Shown here in pieces: positions 14,119 through 26,736 of a stretch of DNA of 64,000 nucleotides. Positions within the stretch are counted from its first letter, which is position 1. Every line of letters starts with the position of its first letter. The position numbers and the translations under genes were made by a program. The stretch is taken from the NCBI GenBank assembly GCA_951406725.2, contig OX597820.1:14446001-14510000 (forward strand). The letters run 5' to 3'. Source of the DNA: Octopus vulgaris (lineage: Eukaryota). Under the pieces are notes generated by a model. It searched no databases and had not been told where the DNA came from. It saw only the letters and a program-made list of their open reading frames with translations.

Positions 14119-14573
14119 CTCTCTCTCTCTTTTAATCGCACTTTGTCGCTTTGTCTTCCCTCTCTCTCTCCCGTTCGCTCCGTCTGTCTGTCTTTCTCTC
14201 CCGTTCCCTCTCTTACTCTCCCCGTTTTCCTCTCATTCTTTCTCTCCCGTCCTCTCTCTCTCTCTCCCCTCTTTATCGTCTCCTCACTCTCTCTCTCTGT
14301 CGTTACTTAACATTTATTTCTCATCTCCATCTCACCTGTTTTTGCCGTCACTGCTTCTTCCCCCACTCAGCCTCCAGTCAATAGGCCAATTGCAAATATA
14401 TCTATAATTGTTTCTTCTACTTTTATATATATATATATATATATATATTTATTTATTTTTTATACATACACCGTTTCTTTTTTAGTCTCTAAAATAACAG
14501 AAAAAGACAAAAAATAAAAGCAACCAGCTGGTTTTCTCGTGATCACACTGATGCTGATAATATAACAACACCT

Positions 14574-14582
14574 CCGGTGAGC
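14574..14582 (+). other. Candidate 5' splice donor CCG|GTGAGC (end of putative non-coding first exon)
   Basis: Good donor consensus ~1 kb downstream of the TATA; an alternative GTAAGT donor lies at 14969-14974. Confidence 0.25.
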
Positions 14583-15431
14583 AATTCCGTCTCCGCTCGC
14601 CTCCTCGCCTCTCTCATCATCTCTCTATTTCTCGGCATTTTCTCTCCAAGTGGTGTTTATTCTCTCTCTATCATCGATCGACCCCCCCATTTTCTCCTTT
14701 CTCGGTATTTTCACATAGCCACCACCATTTATTAAAAAATCTTTCTTCTTCCTCCATTTCCCACTCACCCTCTTCTCACTCCATCTTATATTTTTTGTTA
14801 CGACGATATTTTCCGCTCTCTTGATCTCCGACTTCCCTTGGGTTCGTCCCGTTTAACCAATTTTTACTATTTTTCTCACGTCTGATCACCATTTTTTTTT
14901 CTTTTTACCTTCTGCTATTCAACCAATATATATTATCTCTGTCTATTCTAGCTTTTCGTATATAATAAGTAAGTTGCACACGCACACTTCTAGCTTTCGG
15001 CTTTTGTCACCACCTCTAGCTTCGATCACCATGGATTTGGATTCTTGCTCCTTTTTCTCTCTCTTTCTGTTTTCGATTCACCATATCGTGTTTATTTCAC
15101 GTTGTTCCGGTTTCGATTTTCGCGTATCTCCTCTCTTTTTCTCTCTTTATCTTTCCCTTCTTTCTTTCTCTCTTTTTATCTTTCCCTATCTCTGTCTATA
15201 TCGCGTGCGCGTCGCAACACTTATTTTCTTTTCTCCTTCTCTCCCTCCCCCCTCTCTCTCTCTCCTCAAAGCCCACCACTTCTATTTCTCCTCCCATTCC
15301 TTCCTCTCCGTTACTGTCTCTTCTCCTTCCACCCCTTACCTCTCCATTATTATATCTCCTCTTCTCCCACTCAACCCCTTTTTTCCCCGATTGCCATGTT
15401 CCCGCCCTCTTTCTCTGTCAACTCATTCTCT

Positions 15432-15478
<47 letters not shown>

Positions 15479-15659
15479 TCTCTCTGTCTCTGTCAGCTTC
15501 TCTTTATGTCCGTGCAAGTCAAACAGTAACACAAAATAATATAAATCCTTAATGTTACACTTCATACGCACCGGAAAGATGCTTTTAAAGAGAATATGTT
15601 TCTCCACTTGCCAATATCCGTGCGCGCGTGTGTTTTCAAGTGTAATATTTACACGCCCG

Positions 15660-15709
<50 letters not shown>

Positions 15710-16321
15710 ATTTCACAACTAAGGAGTCTTGGAGTGTAACGTTTGCAATGCTTGTGTATATAAGTAATTTTCCTGTTAGATGATTCGAATTTGCCCTGAC
15801 CATTTGCTCTTATAGACAAAGCCACACGTACTGGACACTGCTTTCTTTCTTTCTTTATTTCTTTCTCCAATTTTTCTGTCACGAAGGTACCGGGGAAGGC
15901 CGTCTGCCGGAAATATCTCAATGCTGAGTTCAAAATCCAGCTGGGTTTCAGGGGTTTGTGTTGCATTCTTCCGGGATCGTACAAAACCTATTAGATCGAT
16001 TATAAAACATTGCCTTCTCTCCGAAAATTGCTTTTATATACACACTCTAAAGAAATGCTTGCTTTCAATATATAAAATTACGCACATACATATCCTCGCT
16101 ATAACAACATAGGCGCGTGCGTGTTTGTGTTTGTGTGTGTTGTAATTTTCGAAGACTTCTGTCCAAGACGGGAAACAAGTAATTGAATCGAGATATTTTG
16201 GTTGTGAGCCATTCCATGACGTGCTTTATGGCAGGAATGTGCCACAGCTTGATTCGCGGTCATCATGCCTTAAGAAATTCTTTCACTTTATTTGGTCAAG
16301 TGATGTGTTTTTTATTTTAGG

Positions 16322-16690
16322 TTTAGCCGTGTTAACAAGTTTGCTTTCCAACCATATGATTCCGGGTTCAGTCCCACTGCGTTTTCCACCGCAGCCCCGG
16401 GGCTCTCTCTCGTATTAGTATTTAGCAGAAGCAACAGAGTGACTCAAGGGCCGAGAGCTTCGTGCATATATTAGCACTTATCAACCATGTGTGCATGTGC
16501 TATTGTGGGTTTTCTCCCACAATCGCTTGGCATCCAGTGTGGTATGTTTTACGCCCCCGTAACTTAGCGGTTCGGCAATAAAGAAACTAACAAAGTACCC
16601 GGCTTAAAAAAAGGACCGGGGTGGATTCGTTCAACTAAACTCCTTCAAAATTGTGCCTCCAGCATGACCGCAATCTAATGACTGAAAAAC
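16322..16690 (+). mobile_element. SINE B, diverged
   Basis: ccgggttcagtcccactgcg ... cagcatgaccgcaatctaatgactgaaa. Confidence 0.8.
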
Positions 16691-16692
16691 TT

Positions 16693-17075
16693 ATTCTTTT
16701 ATTCTTTTACTTGTTTCAGTCATTTGACTGCGGCCATGCTGGAGCACCGTCTTTAGTCGAGCAAATCGACCCCAGGACTTATTCTTTTAAGTCTAGTACT
16801 TATTCTATAGGTGCTTTTTGCCGAACTGCTAAGTTAGGTTGTCAAGCGATGTTGTGGGGGGGGGGGACAAACACACATAAGGATACACACACACACTTAT
16901 ATATACATATACAACGGGCTTCTTCCAGTTTCCGTCTACCAAATCCACTCACAAGGCTTTGGTCAATCCGAGGCCATAGTAGAAGATACTTGCCCAAGGT
17001 GCCACGCAGTGGGACTGAACCTATGACCATGTGGTTGGTAAGCAAGCTACTTACCACACAACCACTCCTGCGCCT
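16693..17075 (-). mobile_element. SINE B, tail-to-tail with the preceding copy
   Basis: cttttacttgtttcagtcatttgactgcggccatgctggagcacc ... ccactcctgcgcc. Confidence 0.9.
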
Positions 17076-17592
17076 ATAGATAACGATATATTTATTATAT
17101 AGTATGTATAACGAACTCCTCTTTCCAGTGCGGTGCTCAAGTTTTTTACACAGCTTCTATATCTGGTTCAGACTCCGATATCCAGTTGTTATTAAATAAC
17201 CATAAGATTAGATTTACATTGCTCTTCACTCAATCACCTTGGTTCTGGTTATATATATTCACAGTCGTTATTATGTAATGTAATACACAATAATAGGTTT
17301 TCCACGTAAGTCATTTCAGAGTGTAGTCTCATTGAATGAGTACTTGGACTCTATGGAAATCCAAATGGCTTAAAATCCATCGTTAATATAAGCTTTACAC
17401 ACGATGGCAGTTGCAGGCTGTGAATCACCCGGTCTTATATGCATTTGGTGTTGCTAAACAACGAAGCTAAAATGATTTGGTCAGGACATCGATGTAAAGA
17501 CAGGTCGTTTAAATTAACCCGCGATGGTAATATATACGTTGTGTAATTGTTGTTGGTTCATTCCCAGTGGACCTTTATGTTGTAGACTTCTT

Positions 17593-17825
17593 TATTTCTT
17601 TATTACCCTACGAGGGGCTAAACGTAGATGGGACAAACAAGGACAGGCAAACGGATTAAGTCGATTATATCGACCCCAGTGCGTAACTGGTACTTATTTA
17701 ATCGACTCCGAAAGGATGAAAGGCAAAGTCGACCTCGGCGGAATTTGAACTCAGAACGTAACGACAGACGAAATACGGCTAGCATTTCGACCGGCGTGCT
17801 AACGTTTCTGCCAGCTCGCCGCCTT
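17593..17825 (-). mobile_element. Full-length SINE A
   Basis: Reverse complement of the 6633 copy with CpGs intact; imperfect flanking duplication tgttgtagacttctt / tgttgcagacttatt. Confidence 0.9.
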
Positions 17826-18147
17826 ACCTTTGTTGCAGACTTATTACCAAAAGCTTTCCAACCGTGGCCTCTGTCCTTTTTTTTTTCAGGCGTGTGTATC
17901 CAGGAGATTGGGTTATACCTACACAAGCGTGCTCCTTACCGACTTTGTTTCATCATAACTTTTAAAAAAGATGTCTTTTAATGAAATTTTCTACAAATAC
18001 CTTTCAGTGGTCTTTGTTGTAATTATATCGGAATTTAATGTAGGAATAAAAATCTTTAAACCCTGGGCGTGCACCCAATATTATCTCGGGTAGCTTTGGG
18101 GGCTGCATTCGCCCGTGAACCGTTATGTAGTCTCCATTGATATATAG

Positions 18148-18981
18148 AAGTGTTTCTCGATCAGGATCCAAAGAACCCTTCGGGGGTTGTTTATATAAGA
18201 TTTCTCTGTTAAAATTTATCTGCAATAAATTAGTTATATTGCTACAATTCACAAAACATTTTAACAATTTTTTTCATACGTTCCTAATAATATTTAATTA
18301 TAAAAATATAATCGGATTTTTTAAACGTTCAATGAGTATGAGGTACAATATAAGTAATCCCCCCCCCCCCACCATGTCGTGGTTCACTCATCGTGGTTTC
18401 TTATTTAAGCTTACGTCGATTCCTCCACGGTGTTGTCTGGCATTTATCTCTCTCTATATAAAGCTGAAGTTGTCTATGTGTGGCAGGTTTGGTAGCCTCC
18501 AACTAACACTATCTCCTCCGAGACCCTGCGGCCCAAGTTGACCAAAATTGAGAGTATGATAGACGAAGGCTTGCTCTTCATTCCGTAGAAGATAAAATTC
18601 AAATCGGACCATGTTAACACCAAAAGTTATTTACATCAAAAAGGTGCTTTTTTTCTATGAAAATCCCTATTTCTTACGATTTTTTGACTGCTGTGTCGCC
18701 ATTTTTCGGTGTATTTCAACCAGAAAAATGTTCACTTAAAGAGAATAACAAGCTACATAATGCAAAAGTTTTACTTTTCAAAAATTCCAATTCTAAAGGG
18801 TCGAAACAAACCCGAGCAACGCCGGGCGATACTGCTAGTAAATAAATAAATGTATACAAATTATAATAATAGTAAAATATGCAGTGTTGTTTCTACTTTG
18901 CGGATTTCCACCTATTGTGGGGGATTTTGGAACATAGGTACCAAAAAGGGTCCATAGGTGAAAGTTTTGTTGGGAACCACG
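18148..18981. mobile_element. hAT-like MITE interrupted by insertions, including a Helitron
   Basis: Body matches 26737-26976 and 43568-44392; ends agtgtttctc ... gggaaccacg. Confidence 0.6.
18447..18838 (+). mobile_element. Non-autonomous Helitron
   Basis: 5' TC after A; 3' hairpin cccgagcaacgccggg then cgatactgCTAG followed by T; no TSD. Confidence 0.85.
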
Positions 18982-19549
18982 GATATTGAGGGTAGTTGGC
19001 TCTTTCTTAATGTTTAAAGAACCAGACACTTTCACCTACAAGATATCATCCCTGACTAATATTAAGTGTCCAGCACCACGTTGGTGTGTATGTGACCACT
19101 TTGCCCTAACATGCGTATCACTAGTGACTTCTGCAGCACAGAACGAATGCGATATGCATCGATGCCCATGCTATAAATCGATGTGGCAATTCATATAGTC
19201 CATTAAAAACATATCCCAGCATACTTCTTCTTACGTCAGTAACGGTTTCAGGGCGTGCGACATCTTTATGTTACATAAAGTAACACAAAGAAAGATTTTT
19301 AGAAAATATATTTGTTCATATGTTTTAATAATTGGTCTATTCAGGTTCCCACTTGCATTTTATTTGATTTTCCAGTTAATATTGGTTTTTTAGATGTCTT
19401 CTTTGAATAATTTCTATGCTGTGAAAGATGTGATGTGGGATGAATCGATTGCAGTTGAGCTTTATTATTTTTTTCCATTAATATTTTTCTAAAAATACGA
19501 CTAAATTACTGAAGCATAACTTGAAATGGCGTAAGTTGAGGGATGTCGG

Positions 19550-19932
19550 TATCTTTTATCTTGTTCTAGGCATTAGACTGCGGCCATGCTGGGGCACCAT
19601 CCCAAAGAACTTTTAGTCGAATGAATCGACCCCCACTACGTTTTCTTTTTTTTTTTGTTAAAGACTGGTACTTATTCTATCGATCTGTTTTGCCGGACCG
19701 CTAAGTTACGGGAACGTAAGCCCACCAACACTGGTCGACAAGGTGAGGCAGGGGACAAACGCAGACACTAAGGGAGACACATACACACACATTTATTTAT
19801 GCACTCGTACCCGGGTTCAGTCTCACTGTGTGGCCTCTTGGGCAAGTGTCTACTACAATACCCTCAGGCCAACCAAAGCCTTATGAGTGGATTTGGTAGT
19901 CAAACTGAAAGAAACCCGTCGTGTGTGTGTGT
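19550..19932. mobile_element. Two partial SINE B fragments in opposite orientation
   Basis: Minus-strand tail half (gactgcggccatgctgggg...) followed by a plus-strand head half (gggttcagtctcactgtgtgg...). Confidence 0.75.
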
Positions 19933-20729
19933 TAATGCAATAGAAACAATTGTTGGCTTTATAGGGTGAGATCTTTAATAAAAATGTAATTTTCTCTTTA
20001 CGCATTTTTTGTTGTCAAATACTCTGAATTTCTCGAAATTCTACCGGCGGATATTTGGATTTACCTGTCGTACATGAGGATTTACCTGGGATTTGTACTC
20101 TACTTACATTTACTGGTGTCTAATTGTTGAATATTGTTAACCAAATTCTTTTAATACTGAGCACTTTATTGATATCTGCCTAGGTTTTTAATCCTGTTTT
20201 TCTCATATATATATATGTGTGTGTGTTTATCCCTGATATGACAAAATTCTTCAAGGCAATGTTGTAGAATGGTTGCAGTTTAATGAAAGAGGTAAAAAAA
20301 TAAAGTGACTACCTAGGTTAATTAAACTGAGTTTAATTACTGTTTGATGGTATATTTTGTAGACTTAAAATGGCAACTTTAGAATTTTTGTGGACACTAA
20401 GGAATTTCACATATATAATGTAAATAATAATTTCTGAACCAATGAAGGAGTCTATGATTACTAAAATTAATTAAACAAACTTGACTTTTGTATTATTGTA
20501 TATTTTACGAACAAGACATCATGCTTAAAGAATTTTGGGAAACATTCAAGGATTTCAGTGTGTAGTTTTCTTTGTGGCCCCTCTGTGTTGTTACCAAATT
20601 TGCTGGGAGATAAGGAGGATATCGAATCTAAATGAATAAAATTGCAAATATTCTGGACACCTCAGATCCCAAACAACTGTAGATTTGCTAGGTAGTAGAC
20701 AAAAAACATATAGTATATATATATATAGA

Positions 20730-20853
20730 TACATGGTTCCGGGTTCAATCCCACTGCGTGACATCTTGGGCAAGTGTCTTCTGCTATAGCCCCGAGCCGA
20801 CCAATGCCTTGTGAGTGGATTTGGTAGATGGAAACTGAAAGAAGCCTATCATA

Positions 20854-20894
<41 letters not shown>

Positions 20895-21105
20895 ATATGT
20901 TTGTGTGTCTGTGTTTGTCCCCCTAGCATTGCTTGACAACCGATGCTGGTGTGTTTACGTCCCTGTCACTTAGCGGTTCGGCAAAAGAGACCGATAGAAT
21001 AAGTACTGGGCTTACAAAGAATAAGTCCCGGGGTCGATTTGCTCGACTAAAGGCGGTGCTCCAGCATGGCCGCAGTCAAATGACTGAAACAAGTAAAAAA
21101 AAAAA
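20730..21105 (+). mobile_element. SINE B, 5'-truncated
   Basis: catggttccgggttcaatcccactgcgtg ... gcagtcaaatgactgaaacaagtaaaa. Confidence 0.9.
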
Positions 21106-21480
21106 AAGAGATAATTTACACTGAGGAGATGGAAGTTCTATCTTCACTTGCTGTTTTTTTGGGGGGGTTTTGAATTTTTTCATTAGCTTTATGAATGCGT
21201 ACAATGACACTTGCTTGAATGTAAATGCAATCACGTACTTACTGTTTAGATCTGGTTCATCCATTAATAAAGGAATGTAAAATATCTCGTTACACAGACA
21301 TAAATTCAAGCAGATATACTCATCTCTCTCTCTCTCTGTTTATTTATCTATCCATCCAGAGACAGATTGAGTATTATATAGATACATACACACACACACC
21401 ATCTATCACCATATCTATCTATCTATCTATCTATATAAACACTATACACATAAACACAAATATATACACATACACACACA

Positions 21481-21519
<39 letters not shown>

Positions 21520-21814
21520 CACACATACGCACACACACACACACACACACACACACTATATATATATATATATATATAGACATCATAGTGTGTGGATTGA
21601 GAACTTTGTTGACTGGCTGCTTATTTATAATCTTTGCTCTTTAGGTTAAGTCTGTTAATTTGGCTGGTCAAAGTTGTGATTTCACTCTGGCGTAGTCTTA
21701 GCACAGCTTGTGCGTGTGTGTGGATAATACCACATCTTAATCCCCCACCACTTCCCAAAAGTCATAATTCTTGCAATCAAGCAAAGCTCACTAAGGCAGA
21801 GCAAGCTTGTAGAA

Positions 21815-22040
21815 TCATTATCATGCCAAAGGAAATGCTTAGTAGCATTTCTTTTGGTTTTGTTATTGCAAGTTCAAATTCCACCAAGGTCGTTTATTTT
21901 TCATTTATTTTTCTTTGGCCCTTTCATCCTTTCTGGGTTGATAAAATAGGTACCAGTTGAGCATGGGGTGGGGGTGGGAACGTGATCAACTGGCCCCCTC
22001 CCCACAAAAATTTCAGGCCTTGTATCTTTAGTAGAAAGCA
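21815..22040 (+). mobile_element. SINE A', diverged
   Basis: agttcaaattccaccaagg ... ctttcatcctttctgggttgataaaataggtaccag ... aaatttcaggccttg. Confidence 0.75.
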
Positions 22041-22475
22041 GTATGCCTAAACTCCTACAAGGCTTAAGGCAATTCTGTTAGCTGATCAAATGTGTGTGTG
22101 TGCGTGTGTTATCACTTATTTATTCAGTATACTACAATATATGTATATGTTTAGAAACACATACAGCCTTGCTGTAAAACGAGACTTTATGATATTCCTC
22201 TAGCTTTTGGCAACACTTGAAGGGTATCAAACAACTGCAGTTTTGTAATTATTCTTCTTAAGTCTTCTAGCTTGCTATATGTAATATCAAGAGAAAAATA
22301 AGCATACGGTTACATAGAAAATATTTCTTGGCATTCTTCTTCTGTCTAAGCTAATTTGCATGCTGGCATCATAAAAAAAAAACACAAAAAACAAATCCCC
22401 CTGCCCCCAAAATTGAAGAGCTGATATACAAATGAATTTGCTATAAAGTAATCTTAATTCATTGCCTGGTTTAAT

Positions 22476-22702
22476 TAAAACCCTTTAGCATTTAATCTGG
22501 CCTTATCCAGCCCAAATATCATACCTGTTTTATCTTCAAATCAACCAGATCCAGCCTCTTACACCTATCCTACAATGTCGCTCTAAAAATATGCAATCAT
22601 ATTGAAATTTGAAGGTTGTGAGATAACGTATGAATAATCCAAAGCAATGTGAATAATTAAGTAATTAAATTTGACAGAATAATCTGAATTCTGATGGGTT
22701 GA
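22476..22702. mobile_element. piggyBac-like MITE family E
   Basis: aaaccctttagcatttaa ... gatgggttga; homologous to the TTAA-flanked copy at 38133-38360. Confidence 0.75.
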
Positions 22703-22837
22703 CCCTTTTGTTACCATATTTCTGTTGAAATATTCTCTTTATTTCTATTAATTTTTGAAATAATAAAAATCTACTAAATTATCTTGGCCATTACTAAGCT
22801 GCTAATTAGAAGGTTAATGGGAAATTTTTTATTTAGG

Positions 22838-22990
22838 GAGCACGTAAAAAGCACCATCTGAATGTGGCTGATGCCAGTGCCGCCTTGACTGGCTTCCGTG
22901 CTGGTGGCACGTAAACAGCACCATCCAATCGTGGTTGATGCCAGCTCCTCTGGCCCCTTGTGCCGGTGGCACGTAAAAACCTCCCACTAA
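22838..22990 (+). mobile_element. Family C fragment (hairpin tandem units)
   Basis: Three gcacgtaaa motifs with tgccag..ctggc and gtgccggtggcac hairpins. Confidence 0.8.
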
Positions 22991-23006
22991 ATATGTATGT
23001 ATGTAT

Positions 23007-23230
23007 TTAACCCTTTAGTTGTTCAGATTACTCTGTTAAATGTAATATTTTTTTACTCAAATTGTTTTTAATTAATCATTCATTATCTTATAGCTTTGGG
23101 GTTTCAATGATGTGATTGTTCATTTTTAGAATGTCAATATAGGTTAGGTGTGAGAGCCCTGATCTGGTCAGTTTAAACATAAAATAGGTAGAAAACTTTG
23201 GCCGGATATGTCCAGTTTAAACACTATGTA
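23007..23230. mobile_element. piggyBac-like MITE family E (opposite orientation to the 22476 copy)
   Basis: ttaaccctttagttgttcagattactctgttaaatgtaat..., matches the 38133 copy. Confidence 0.8.
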
Positions 23231-23235
23231 TTTAA

Positions 23236-23490
23236 AGCCTTGTGAGCGGATTCAGTAGACGGAAACTGAAAGAAGCCTGTTGTGTGTATATATATGTATG
23301 TGTGTGTGTCTTGGTGTCTGTGCTTGTCCTCCCATCACCGTTTGACAACCAGTGTTGGTGTGTTTATGTCCCCATGACTTAGTAGTTCAGCAAAAGAGAC
23401 TGACAGAATAAGTACTAGACTTTAGGAAATATGTCCTGTGGTCGACTTGTTTGACTAAAGCTCTTCAGGTTGGTGCTCCAGCACAGGAAT
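23236..23490 (+). mobile_element. SINE B, 5'-truncated
   Basis: aaagccttgtgagcggattcagtagacggaaactgaaagaagcc ... ggtgctccagca. Confidence 0.8.
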
Positions 23491-23697
23491 AAAAGAATAC
23501 ATAGACACACACACACACACATAACCATTATTTACAGCATATAACCTAAAAAATTTCAATTCATACAAGTGTATATGTAAGCTTGAAAACTGTGCTGAAG
23601 TTGTCAGGAACAAGGTGCTGGTGCCAAATGAACATACATACACACACACATTCATATTTTGAATATAGACAGATGTATGTATGTATAAATTATACAT

Positions 23698-23863
23698 AGG
23701 CGCAGGAGTGGCTGTGTGGTAAGTAGCTTGCTTACCAACCATATGGTTCCGAGTTCAGTCCCACTGCGTGGCATCTTGGGCAAGTGTCTTCTGCTATAGC
23801 CTCGGGCTGACCAAAGCCTTGTGGGTGGATTTGGTAGACTGAAACTGAAAGAAGCCCGTCGTA

Positions 23864-23914
<51 letters not shown>

Positions 23915-24123
23915 CTGTGTTTGTCCCCCTAGCATTGCTTGACAACCGATGCTGGTGTGTTTATGTCCTCCGTAACTTAGCGGTTCGGCAAAAGAGACCG
24001 ATAGAATAAGTACTAGGCTTACAAAGAATAAGTCCTGGGGTCGATTTGCTCGACTAAAGGCGGTGCTCCAGCATGGCCGCAGTCAAATGACTGAAACAAG
24101 TAAAAGAGTAAAGAGTAAGAGTA
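23698..24123 (+). mobile_element. Full-length tRNA-derived SINE family B with internal microsatellite
   Basis: Head ggcgcaggagtggctgtgtggtaag (A box) and gagttcagtcc (B box); cttgggcaagtg resembles the start of the CORE-SINE domain; internal (TA)/(TG) tract; 3' hairpin cagtcaaatgactg and gtaaaaga-type repeated tail. Confidence 0.9.
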
Positions 24124-24404
24124 TTAACAATACTCAGAAACAGGCTAGAATCGAAATGCTCAAATTGAGCTAAGTTCCAATTTATTATTTGAATGGAGGC
24201 AATACAAACGGAAAACTAGAGCAACATGACCTATTATCCAATAGAATATTCAGTATATCTGTGTGTACCTTCATTGGACATTAATAAATCAATTTAAAGT
24301 TCGAAATAATATTAGTATTAAAAACATACAAGCATATAAACATATAAATATTTAATATTTAAAAATACACAAATATTTTAAAATATGTATGTATACACAC
24401 TCAC

Positions 24405-24895
24405 ACATGAGGCAATGATAAATGAGCGAGATTTTTGGCAATATGCTGTGCTTGAGAAGGAAGATCCATCAAGCCAAGTTAGTTAGTTAGTTAGTTAGTT
24501 AATATTTTGGCTCAAAAAGCAAAAAGCAAGGCCATGTAGGGGGACATGGAGTTATGTACAGGGTGGTGTTCATGTAAAGAGTTCAGGCCACTTGTGGTCA
24601 AGGGAGACTTTGAACCGAGCGGTCCTCGGCATCTTCACCATCTCGTCCGGCAGCTTATTCCACGGATCCGCAAAGTGAAATCTTTGTGGCAGTTACTAGT
24701 GTCCCACAAGTGGCACGTAAGAAAGCACCCATAACACTCTCGGAATGGTTGGCGTTAGGAAGGGCACCCAGCTGTAGAAACCTTGCCAAATCAGATAGGT
24801 GCCTGGTGCAGCCCCCTCAGCTTAGCAGTCCTGGTCAAACCGTCCAACCCGTCCCAGCATGGACAACTGGATGCTAAATGATGATGATGATGATG
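24405..24895 (+). mobile_element. Family C retroposon interrupted by a LINE fragment
   Basis: gtggcacgtaag...ggttggcgttaggaagggcacccagctgtagaaa...(GAT)n tail. Confidence 0.8.
24480..24673 (-). mobile_element. 5'-truncated CR1/L2-group LINE 3' end
   Basis: Minus strand translates ADPWNKLPDEMVKMPRTARFKVSLDHKWPELFT* (WNxLP...FKxxLD C-terminal motif of CR1/L2 ORF2), followed by a short 3'UTR and (TAAC)n tail. Confidence 0.8.
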
Positions 24896-26736
24896 GTGGT
24901 GGTTGTGGTGGTGACACGCGCACAGGCACACCCATGCACATGCACAAATGGGTAAATAAATGAGATTTTGGCAGGAGTCGCATATATTTTCATTAACAGT
25001 TTGGCTTAAGCCATGTAGAGCCGAGTTATTAAATAAACACACACACACACACACACACATAATGATGTGAGACGTATGCATACATGTTTGCAAACATGTA
25101 TATTTACATGTGGGTTAATTTTTCTTTTTTATGCAAGTGTGTCTATATAAATTCCCGTTTAATGTGTATTTCATATGTTAATATAACACGCATGGTGTGG
25201 TATGTATGAAATAAATTCTTCACAGGAGCAGAAGAAGCCGAAGAGTTTAAATGACATATCCTAAAGGGCATTGTTTAAACGTGCTACTAAAAGTTAATAT
25301 GGAAGAGCTCTAGATAAAAATATTTGTGCGCGTCTCTCTCTGTGTCTCTCCCGTGTCTGGTCATTGTAAGAGATTTGAAGAAGTAATGGCTGATAGTGGA
25401 TGACCGCTGGATAAATAGCCGAAGCACCAAACCTCATAACGTGGCTGAAATGAGTTTTTATTGATTTCAGTTTCGACTGCCATCTCCTTCAATTTGTTCA
25501 TTTCTCTTTCCTTACCACCACAACCAACGCCGCTGCTGCCACCACCACTACTAACGCCGCTGCCGCCACCACCACTACCGTTCCCATCACATCCACCACA
25601 GCTAACGCTGTTCTTATTGAACTATGGCAAGTCTCCTGGACATCTTTGCCTCAGTTTCAGCTTGTTGTCATTATCTTCTAATACCATTCTCACTGCTTTC
25701 TCTCTTTCTTACTGGTGAACCACTTTAAGAAAAAAAGAAACGAAAAGGAAAGGGGAAGAGAGAAAATATAAAAAAAAAAAAGGAATCCTTCATTTTTGTT
25801 TCTGTCCGTTTTATTTATTTATTTCCTTCCTGTATTCCTGTGTGGCAAGCTGTTTGGTGTAAGGGGCAACGGCGGCGGGGGTTCGTTGGTAGTCAGTAAA
25901 GAAAAGATGGAGAACTAACAAGATAGTATTGATGAGCTAAAGAAAAGGGAACAGCATCTCCCAGACTCTTTCCTTTTTATTATGCTGTTGGTTAGTTTGT
26001 GTGTGTGGTAGTGATTCCCAGTTTGTCCACTCTGCTCCCTTTTATTCTTCTCCTATAATATTAGCCAATGGCAGCAACAGTAGTTCTGGTTCCTTCTTTG
26101 CTCTTAGTGCCATTGTACCAGCAGTGGTATGGTGGTTGTGGCTCAGGTATTTGGTGTTTAGCTATATACTTCTACCACATTGTGTGTGTGTGTGTATAAA
26201 TACATACATACATATATATGCATATATATATAATAACAAATTAATAAATAAAACATATGCATATATACATACATATATGTACATACCTACATCTACATGT
26301 ATATATACATGCATATATGGGTACAGGACACCAGCTTATATATTTATTTTATATATATATATAATCAAAGGACATACTAAGTATGTCTACCTGCTGGAAA
26401 TAGCAGTCAACACTCTTATTTAAATCACCAAAAATACACTGATAATAACTACAGAAATGAACCATCCAAAGGCAAACAAGCCAAGACAATCTCTCAGCAT
26501 ACATTCAAGTATTTGGATTCATGTGCACAGGTTTCTGGATTGCCATAATAGCCTAACCTATATATATATATATTATTATTATAAAAAAAAAAGAATGGTG
26601 GTGCCCCAGCATGGCCACAGCTCGTGAGCTGAAACTAGATAAAATAAAATAAATACACACACACACACACACACACACATACACACACACATATATATAT
26701 ATGCATACATACATACTCACACACAAATACAAATAT

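Noticed and set aside
14974-15552. 192-aa and 164-aa S/L/F/P-rich ORFs
   Set aside because: Explained by CT-rich pyrimidine skew; both overlapping frames are open
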